Assembly: GCA_965213705.1 (NCBI GenBank)
Contig: OZ243913.1
Coordinates: 2,304,001 to 2,368,000 of the forward strand
Reading direction: 5' to 3'
Length of the DNA: 64,000 nt
Source of the DNA: Trueperaceae bacterium
GTDB lineage: Bacteria > Deinococcota > Deinococci > Deinococcales > Trueperaceae
Below, one piece after another: positions 52,145-59,271 of the stretch. The position numbers and the translations under genes are program-made. Below the pieces are notes generated by a model. It was not told where the DNA came from. It was given only the letters and a program-made list of their open reading frames with translations, and did no database searches. How positions within the stretch are numbered: the stretch's first letter is position 1; the number at the start of each line of letters is the position of its first letter.

Positions 52145-53046
52145 GCGGGCACCTCCTGTTTCGAAAACGCGTCTTTGTGCAGCCTGACCCAGGCCTCGAG
52201 CGGCGTCAGTTCGACGGGCATCTTCTCCACGGCCGCCGCCGTGTCGACGTTCGAGGAAAACATTTCCGGGTGTTCGTAGGCCATCGCGTAGCCCTGCGCC
52301 GCGCCCTGGCCCATGCCGGGGAAAACGGCGTCGAGCTTGTCGCCGAACTCTTGGGCGGGCATCGCCCGGAAGGTGATTTTGCGCCCCAGCGCGCGGCTGA
52401 AACGCTCCGCGACCTCCTCGCCGTTCAAACGTTCGGGGCCGCTGATTTTGAGGTTGAGGTCCGCGACCTCCGGATTCTTAAAAGCGTAGCTCGCAAACTT
52501 GGCGACGTCGGCGGTCGCGGTCCACTGCATCTTGACTTCCAGAGGCGTGGGGTAGGCGAACACGTCGTCCTGGACGATTTCCTCGCGGGTCCAGGGGCCT
52601 AAAAAGTTCTCCATGTAGGCGGTCGGTTGCAGCACGACATAGGGGGTTTGGCTGTTTTGCAGGTGCTCGAGCACGTCCAAACGCACGTCGAAACCGGGGT
52701 TGCCGCTGCGCTGCGGCGGGATTTCCCCGCTGGTGTTCCAAACGACGAGCCCTGCACCCGCCTCTTTCGCCGCGTCTACAGCATTTTTGCCGTAGGCCAG
52801 GCCGTCCGTGGGCGCGTCGGTGAAAAAGGGTACGTGCATAAAAACGCCCTCCACGCCTTCGTTCGCCTTTTTCAGGCTGTCCGGCTCGCCGAGGTCGCCC
52901 TCAAAGACTTCCGCGCCCGCGTCCTGCAGGTCTCGAGCGTGCGCCGCGTCGCGCGTCAGCACGCGCACCTCGTGGCCGTCCTCGATGAGCTTCTGCGCCA
53001 CGGGTTTGCCCTGCGAACCGGTCGCGCCGTAAACGAGTATTTTCAT
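52141..53046 (-). CDS. NmrA family NAD(P)-binding protein
   Basis: YGATGSQG, QPTAYMENF. Confidence 0.88.
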   Translation of the reverse strand: MKILVYGATGSQGKPVAQKLIEDGHEVRVLTRDAAHARDLQDAGAEVFEGDLGEPDSLKKANEGVEGVFMHVPFFTDAPTDGLAYGKNAVDAAKEAGAGLVVWNTSGEIPPQRSGNPGFDVRLDVLEHLQNSQTPYVVLQPTAYMENFLGPWTREEIVQDDVFAYPTPLEVKMQWTATADVAKFASYAFKNPEVADLNLKISGPERLNGEEVAERFSRALGRKITFRAMPAQEFGDKLDAVFPGMGQGAAQGYAMAYEHPEMFSSNVDTAAAVEKMPVELTPLEAWVRLHKDAFSKQEVPA

Positions 53047-53108
53047 GATGCTCCTTCCGCCGTGAAGGTCACGGCTGTGGCTCGAGCTTAGCCTGTATGG
53101 TTCATTGT

Positions 53109-53150
53109 GTAAAGTAGTTACTAGAAAGTAAACCAGTTACCGATAATGAA
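53109..53150. promoter_or_regulatory. putative HxlR-family operator region
   Basis: AT-rich; TTACT-AGAA-AGTAA palindrome and AGTTAC direct repeat between divergent genes. Confidence 0.5.
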
Positions 53151-53183
53151 GTTTTGTGTTAAAGTGGGCATCTGGAGGTTGAC

Positions 53184-53519
53184 GTGGTAGCCAAAAAAAC
53201 CTACACGACCATTGTTCAAAGTGACGAGCGCTGCGTGGTCGAGCGCACCGCCGACGTCATCGGCGGCAAGTGGACGACCCTCATCCTGCGCGAACTCTTG
53301 AAAGAGACGAGGCGTTTCGGCGAGTTGCGCGCCGCGCTGACCGGCATCAGCCCCAAAACCCTCACCGACCGCCTGCGCGAGTTGGAGGACTGCGGCGTTC
53401 TGAAACGCACCGTTTATCCCGAAGTGCCGCCGCGCGTCGAGTACACGCTGACCGAAAAAGGCGAGGCGCTGCGCGACATCGTCGACGCGATGGCGGCGTG
53501 GGGGGCGCGCTGGACGTAA
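53184..53519 (+). CDS. HxlR family transcriptional regulator
   Basis: C..E....IGGKW, RRFGEL, PEVPPRVEYTLTEKG. Confidence 0.94.
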   Translation: MVAKKTYTTIVQSDERCVVERTADVIGGKWTTLILRELLKETRRFGELRAALTGISPKTLTDRLRELEDCGVLKRTVYPEVPPRVEYTLTEKGEALRDIVDAMAAWGARWT

Positions 53520-53611
53520 GATCAAAAAAGGACCGAGTACCAAGTAAAAAGTAAAACCTTGATTTTTTGAGTCAACGACGCCTTTCGGCTAGGGGCGTTA
53601 CACTACCTTTC

Positions 53612-54664
53612 ATGTCCATTCCTATCTTTGACGGCCACAACGACACGCTGCTGAGCCTTTACTCGGGAAAACGCGGTGAGGGCGTCGGTTTTTTCGAACG
53701 CTCCGAGGTTGGTCACATAGACTATCCTCGAGCGCTCGAGGGCGGTTTCGGGGGCGGCTTCTTCGCCATTTTCTCCTCGTCCGGCGAGGACTTGACCGAA
53801 AAACTCGTCGAAACGCCCGAAGGTTACGACGTGCCGATGTCGGAGCCGCGGGCGCAGGAGCCCGCGCTAAAAGACACGCTCGCGATGGCCGCCAACCTGT
53901 TCCGCACCGAGGCCGCCTCGGAGGGTAAGTTCAAAGTGGTGCGAAACTTAGGAGAATTGCGCGGGTGTCTCGAGCACGGCGTCATGGCGGCGATTTTCCA
54001 CATCGAAGGGGCGGAGGCGATTGACACCGACCTGGACGCGCTCTACGTCCTTTACAAAGCGGGTTTGCGCTCGCTCGGCATCGTTTGGAGCCGTGAAAAC
54101 GCCTTCGGGACCGGCGTACCCTTTTCGTTTCCCTCGCATCCCGACACCGGCCCCGGCTTGAGCGACGCGGGCAAAGAGCTGGTCACGACCTGCAACCGCT
54201 TGGGAATCATGCTCGACCTGTCGCACCTCAACGAAAAAGGTTTTTGGGACGTGGCGAACCTGAGCGACGCGCCGCTGGTGGCAACGCACTCGGACGTTTA
54301 CGCCCTGTCGCGCTCGGCGCGCAACCTCACCGACGAGCAACTGGAGGCGATTCGCGCTTCCGACGGCATGGTCGGGCTGAACTTCGCGGTGACCTTTTTG
54401 CGGGAGGACGGTTTGCGCGTACCCGACACGCCGCTTTCGGTGATGGTGCGCCACATCGACTACCTCGTCGACAAACTCGGTGTTGAGCGGGTCGGCCTGG
54501 GTTCGGACTTTGATGGGGCGACGATTCCCGAGGAAATAGGTGACGTGACCGGCTTGCCTAAGCTCATGGCTGCACTGCGGGACAGCGGGTATGACGAGGG
54601 GGCGCTCGAGAAACTCGCCTACAAAAACTGGCTGCGGGTACTGGAGAAAACTTGGAAGGAGTAA
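53612..54664 (+). CDS. membrane dipeptidase family (peptidase M19)
   Basis: FDGHND, HIEGAE, DLSHL, VATHS, GLGSDFDG. Confidence 0.93.
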   Translation: MSIPIFDGHNDTLLSLYSGKRGEGVGFFERSEVGHIDYPRALEGGFGGGFFAIFSSSGEDLTEKLVETPEGYDVPMSEPRAQEPALKDTLAMAANLFRTEAASEGKFKVVRNLGELRGCLEHGVMAAIFHIEGAEAIDTDLDALYVLYKAGLRSLGIVWSRENAFGTGVPFSFPSHPDTGPGLSDAGKELVTTCNRLGIMLDLSHLNEKGFWDVANLSDAPLVATHSDVYALSRSARNLTDEQLEAIRASDGMVGLNFAVTFLREDGLRVPDTPLSVMVRHIDYLVDKLGVERVGLGSDFDGATIPEEIGDVTGLPKLMAALRDSGYDEGALEKLAYKNWLRVLEKTWKE

Positions 54665-54667
54665 GCG

Positions 54668-54727
54668 CAAGTAGTTTGTAGGCAGTGGGTTGTGGTTTTC
54701 TACAAGCTACAAGCCACTGGCTACAGG
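54668..54727. repeat. degenerate 7-bp tandem repeats in inverted arrangement
   Basis: CAAGTAG TTTGTAG GCAGTGG GTTGTGG ... CTACAAG CTACAAG CCACTGG CTACAGG. Confidence 0.7.
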
Positions 54728-54784
54728 CTGAACCTGAGCATGGAAAGCACCTCCGCCGCTTGTTTTCTGCGTTAAAGTAGAACC

Positions 54785-55963
54785 GTGAAAATCCTCCACA
54801 CCGCCGACTGGCACGCCGGACGCACCCTGCACGGCGTCGACCGCACGCCGGAAATCCGGGGCGTGCTGGCCGAAATCGCCGAGCTTGCTAAAACTGAAGC
54901 CGTCGACCTCATCATCGTCGCCGGGGACATCTACGACTCGAAAAATCCCGGTGCGGACGCCGAGCGGGCCGTTTACGAGTTTTTCCTAAGCACCGGGGCC
55001 GCCGGGATTAGAAGCGTCGTCATCGCGGGCAACCACGATTCGCCCTCACGCTTGGACGCGATTCAAAACCTGCTCAAACTCGCCAACGTTCACCTCGTCG
55101 GACACCCGCAGGTGGCGGGGCAGGGGGGCGTGTTCGACCTCGCGCTGAACGGTGAAGTGGCGAGGGTTGCCGCCCTGCCCTTCGTCTCCGAACGGCGAAT
55201 TGTCAAGGTGGCGGAACTCTTGGAGAGCGACCCCGGCCAGTGGCTGGAAAAATACCAGGGCGGGATGCGGCGGCTGATTCAGAACCTTAGTAGCAACTTC
55301 ACCAACGACACCGTCAACCTTCTCGTCATGCACGGCACTATGAACGGCGCGACGCTGTCAAACTCGGAGTACACCTTCCACTGCACCGACACCTACGCGC
55401 TGGGGGCGGATATTTTGCCCGACCGGGCGAACTACGTCGCGCTCGGGCACATCCACAAGCCGCAGGCCATCCAGGGCTACCCGGAGAACGCCGGGCGCTA
55501 CGCGGGCAGCATCTTACAGCTCGACTTCGGCGAACAGGGCGACGCCAAGCACGTCTACATCGTCGAGGCGAGGGCGGGCAAGCCGACGGAACTTCTCAAA
55601 GCCGTGCCGCTCCAAAGCGGCAAACGGCTCAAGCGGTTGAACATGGAACTGGATGACCTCGAGCGCCGCGCTCACGAGTTCGATTATGACGGCTACCTCA
55701 AACTCGCCCTCAAGCTCGAGCGCCCCCGCCCCGGCTTAAAGGACCGCATCCGCGCGGACTTTCCCAACGTGCTCAGCATCGATATCGAACTGCCCGAGGT
55801 CGAGACGAGCGAGGAAGAGGTTGATTTGGAGGGAATGGACTTGCTGGCGGCTTACGCCCGCTATTACGAAGAAAAACGCGGACAGGGTGTGCCGGACGAC
55901 GTGCAGGACGCGTTTAAGGACTTGCTCGAGGAGGAGGAAGAGGTGCCGGAGGTGGTTATCTGA
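54785..55963 (+). CDS. sbcD: exonuclease SbcCD subunit D
   Basis: HTADWH, AGDIYD, GNHDS, ALGHIH. Confidence 0.95.
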   Translation: MKILHTADWHAGRTLHGVDRTPEIRGVLAEIAELAKTEAVDLIIVAGDIYDSKNPGADAERAVYEFFLSTGAAGIRSVVIAGNHDSPSRLDAIQNLLKLANVHLVGHPQVAGQGGVFDLALNGEVARVAALPFVSERRIVKVAELLESDPGQWLEKYQGGMRRLIQNLSSNFTNDTVNLLVMHGTMNGATLSNSEYTFHCTDTYALGADILPDRANYVALGHIHKPQAIQGYPENAGRYAGSILQLDFGEQGDAKHVYIVEARAGKPTELLKAVPLQSGKRLKRLNMELDDLERRAHEFDYDGYLKLALKLERPRPGLKDRIRADFPNVLSIDIELPEVETSEEEVDLEGMDLLAAYARYYEEKRGQGVPDDVQDAFKDLLEEEEEVPEVVI

Positions 55964-56257
55964 ATAGATTGGCGACAAATGGATAGTTGTATAGTTTTCC
56001 TAGGATGTGCATGTGATTTCTAAAAGACGCTGCTTTGTCATCATGCCCTTTCACGATGACTATCGTGAGGTGTATGACCAAGTTTACAAGCTGGTTTGTG
56101 AAGCCAATGACGTTGACTGCTGGCGTGTTGATGAAATCGCACGTCCAGGTTCAATAACTCAAGATATTGTTGACGGAATAATTGATGCGGATTTAGTCAT
56201 CGCAGATCTTACTTCACAAAATCCCAATGTGTTTTACGAATTGGGAATATCGCATAG

Positions 56258-57461
56258 GGTAGTCAGGTGAGATTATCTCTTAGCTAAAGAAAGGGGAGCC
56301 GTTGATGACGCAAACTGCGTCACATGACAAAGAACCGACTCCCCCTAGAAAGCTTAGCGTGCGTGAATGATGAGTGTAAAGCCTATGGAGAGAAAGGGCA
56401 AGGCAACTTGAGCGTACGCAAGGTCTACAGCAAAGACGAAATACGTTATCTACGCTGTCGCCTTTGCGGTAAAGAGTTCAGCGAACGTAAACGCACCGCT
56501 TTGTGGAACACCAAACTGCGTGAGAAGAAAGCGATTAAGGTAGCCGAGCAACTTTCTGAGGGCACCTGCTATGAGGGCACAGCTCGTGCTATGAGGGCAC
56601 AGCTCGTTTGCTGAGGGTGTCTGTTGGGGCAGTGCAGCGCTTGGCGGGTTGTTTGGGCAAACATGGTCAGAGGTTTCATGACGAGCGGGTAAGGCATTTA
56701 CCGTCGACAGCGTTGCAAGCCGACGAGCGTTGGGGGTATGCAGGCAACAAAAAGCAGCAACAGTGGGAGGCCGAAGTCATCGACCTCAAAAGTCGCTTGG
56801 TCGTTGAGCGTGCTCTGGGCAAGCGCGATGAAACGCTGATAGCGAGGGTGCTGAGGGGCGCAGCAGCCAGAGTGTCCTATCCTCAAGGGGTGGTGCTCTT
56901 CTCGGATGGCGAGCACAGCTACAAAACTCTCTTCCCAAAGGTGTTCGGCACACCCTACCAACCAAGCCGTAAGGGAGGGCGTGGTCGCCGTCCCGACCTC
57001 CGTTACCGTATCGGGCGTCGTCAAGCTCATGTGCGGGTCGTTAAACGACACCAGGGGAAACGTCTGGTCGAAGTGAGCGTCGACCTGGCACATGGGAGCA
57101 ACAAGCGTCTCCAGCGAGAACTGCAACGCCTGGGTTACAACCAGCCCAACACCAGCGCTATCGAACGTCGCAACGGCACCGCCAGACGCATGGACGCGTT
57201 CAGCGTCCGCAAATCGCTAGCCTTTGCCCGTCGGCCCGAGTCTCGCAACGCCAACGGCGCTTGGAGCATCACTGTCTACAACTGGGGACGAGCGAACCGC
57301 TCACTCAGAAAGCTTCTACCGGAACCTCAAGGCAGAAAGCTCTATGAGCAGCGCTCTCCCGCGATGGCCGCTGGCCTGACCGACTCCCTTTGGTCGGTCG
57401 AAGACATCCTTCGCTATCAGCCTTTCCCTCCAGGTCCATGAGATAATCTCACGGCACTGCC
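56258..57461 (+). mobile_element. IS1-family insertion sequence, 1204 bp, 8-bp target duplication
   Basis: IRL GGTAGTCAGGTGAGATTATCTC vs reverse-complement IRR GGCAGTGCCGTGAGATTATCTC; TCGCATAG at 56250-56257 and 57462-57469. Confidence 0.93.
56324..57441 (+). pseudogene. IS1-family transposase frameshifted by 20-bp tandem duplication
   Basis: N-terminal CVNDEC...CRLC zinc finger; QADERW, FSDG, IERRNGTAR DDE motifs; TGCTATGAGGGCACAGCTCG twice at 56567-56606. Confidence 0.88.
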
Positions 57462-58016
57462 TCGCATAGTATTGGAAACAAAACTACAATGACAGCACAG
57501 TCACTGGACGATGTTCCTTTTGATATTGCAAGCTACCGTATAATACTTTACGAACAATCAATTTCCGGCAGTAAAAAATTGTTTGCCGCTCTTGATCAAG
57601 CAGTCAAAGAACTACTGTCCAGCTTGGACAAAACCAACAACCCTGTTCAAGAAGCTTTCAGTAAACGATCGGTGACTGGGATTCGGCACCGTAAGCCGCT
57701 CATTCAAGTTATAAATGTTGCTAAGCTGCATAAGTCTCTGAAAACTTTGATAGAAAACGAAAACATTAAGTATGTAGAGGATTTGAAAAAACTCAATCTG
57801 GAAAAGATGAAAGAAAAGTATGACCTTGGCGCAACTAATCTTACGACCTTGGTAAAAATTGTTTTAAAGAATGAAGCTTATGATGATTTAGATGTTCTTC
57901 AAGAGCTAATTTTGAAATATCGTCTTGATATGTCACAGGGATATAGGTCACCAAGCTGGGAAATGTGACAGCCGAGTAAAGCCACTCTTTTTTCGTTTCT
58001 GCGCTAGACTGTCACC

Positions 58017-58277
58017 ATGCAAACCGTCAAGCTCGAGCTTTCTCCAGACCTCGCCGCTTTGTTGCAAAGTTTCAACCAGCCGCTCGAACAGTCCGCGCGA
58101 GAACTCATGACGCTCGAGCTGTACCGTCGTGGCGTGATTTCGAGTGGTAAGGCTGCCGAACTTCTCAACATGCCCCGCTTTGAATTTGTGCATTACGCCT
58201 CGCGCCTCGGCATCGCTTTTTTCGACATGACCGAGGACGAGTGGAAAGCAGAAGCGGGTTTTGCTGAAACGTTGTGA
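58017..58277 (+). CDS. UPF0175 family antitoxin-like protein
   Basis: LELYRRGVISSGKAAELLNMPRFEF. Confidence 0.88.
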   Translation: MQTVKLELSPDLAALLQSFNQPLEQSARELMTLELYRRGVISSGKAAELLNMPRFEFVHYASRLGIAFFDMTEDEWKAEAGFAETL

Positions 58278-58735
58278 GGTCTGTTCCTGTCTCAAATGCA
58301 AGCCCTCTGATTGCGCTTGAACAAATTCGTTTGCTGGATGTACTCGAGCGCATTTTTACCAGCATCATCGTTCCGCCAGCGGTAGTCAGAGAAGTTGCGC
58401 CGACGGTTGTTTTACCTGCTTGGGTCGAGCAACAGCCTCTTTCGCAAGCTATCGGCTCGCAAATCTTGTCCGCATCGCTCGGTGCCGGGGAAAGTGAAGC
58501 TTTGAGTCTTGCACTCGAGCTGAAAGCCCCTTTGGTTATCCTCGACGAGCGCCCTGCCAGACGCTTGGCGCAAGCCCTCGGACTTCCTGTTGTCGGAACT
58601 CTCGGCTTACTTCTCCAGGCCAAAAAACGCGGTTTCATTCCTTTGCTCAAACCTCAGTTGAATGCACTCTTGGAGCATGATTTTCGCGTGTCACCTAAAC
58701 TGTACGACCAAATCCTTAAAAATTCAGGTGAGTAG
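58274..58735 (+). CDS. DUF3368 PIN-domain toxin-like protein
   Basis: SNASPLI, LGAGESEAL, ILDERPARRLA, GTLGLL. Confidence 0.9.
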   Translation: MRSVPVSNASPLIALEQIRLLDVLERIFTSIIVPPAVVREVAPTVVLPAWVEQQPLSQAIGSQILSASLGAGESEALSLALELKAPLVILDERPARRLAQALGLPVVGTLGLLLQAKKRGFIPLLKPQLNALLEHDFRVSPKLYDQILKNSGE

Positions 58736-58750
58736 CTTTTACATTTTTGG

Positions 58751-58842
58751 CAGTATGGCGTTCGCGTCAACAGGCATGGTGCGTCTGTTTCACCTGGCAC
58801 GATGGTGACGCCTCTGATGTAGAAATTGTTAATTATCATTAG
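58751..58842 (+). pseudogene. higB: HigB/RelE toxin C-terminal remnant
   Basis: QYGVRVNR (frameshift) WCVCFTWHDGDASDVEIVNYH-stop directly before higA. Confidence 0.75.
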
Positions 58843-58850
58843 GAGGCACT

Positions 58851-59156
58851 ATGACAACCGATAAGCTTTCCCCCATCCATCCCGGCGAAGTCTTGCTAGA
58901 AGAGTTTTTAAAACCTATGGAACTGAGCCAGAACCGGCTCGCGCTCGGGATTGGCGTCAGTGCCAGGCGAGTCAATGAGATTATTTTGAAGCGGCGTTCG
59001 GTGACAGCCGACACCGCCCTGCGGTTGGGGCGTTACTTCGGAACTTCACATCAATTCTGGTTGGGTTTGCAAACGGCCTACGACCCCGAGTTGGCCCAAG
59101 ACCAACTCGGCGACAAACTCGAGCGCGAAGTCAGGGTACACGCTCACGTTGCTTGA
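58851..59156 (+). CDS. higA: HigA family antitoxin
   Basis: PIHPGEVLLEEFL, TADTALRLGRYFGTS, FWLGLQ. Confidence 0.95.
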   Translation: MTTDKLSPIHPGEVLLEEFLKPMELSQNRLALGIGVSARRVNEIILKRRSVTADTALRLGRYFGTSHQFWLGLQTAYDPELAQDQLGDKLEREVRVHAHVA

Positions 59157-59271
59157 GGGCGCGCTCGAGGGGTTGACCCCCTCCCTTCAAAACCTGGAGT
59201 AAACTTAAAAGCGTGCCGAACCGAACCTCGTTAAGATTGCCTAACAAACTTTACAGCTCGAGGAACCCCGC

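Larger units (their letters stand above)
56007..57968 (+). pseudogene. nucleoside 2-deoxyribosyltransferase-like protein with C-terminal alpha-CTD-like domain, interrupted by IS
   Basis: CFVIMPF...ADLTSQNPNVFYELGISH | SIGNK...VPFDI; removing the IS and one target copy restores one 249-codon frame. Confidence 0.85.

Noticed and set aside
54764..54782. DdrO/RDRM-like palindrome at the sbcD promoter (TTCTGC-N6-GTAGAA)
   Set aside because: It is 18 bp rather than the 17-bp motif and imperfect; the similar word near 17814 lacks the right-half consensus.
56324..57441. Programmed -1 frameshift in the IS1 transposase
   Set aside because: No A6C slippery site at the junction; the shift is fully explained by the 20-bp duplication.
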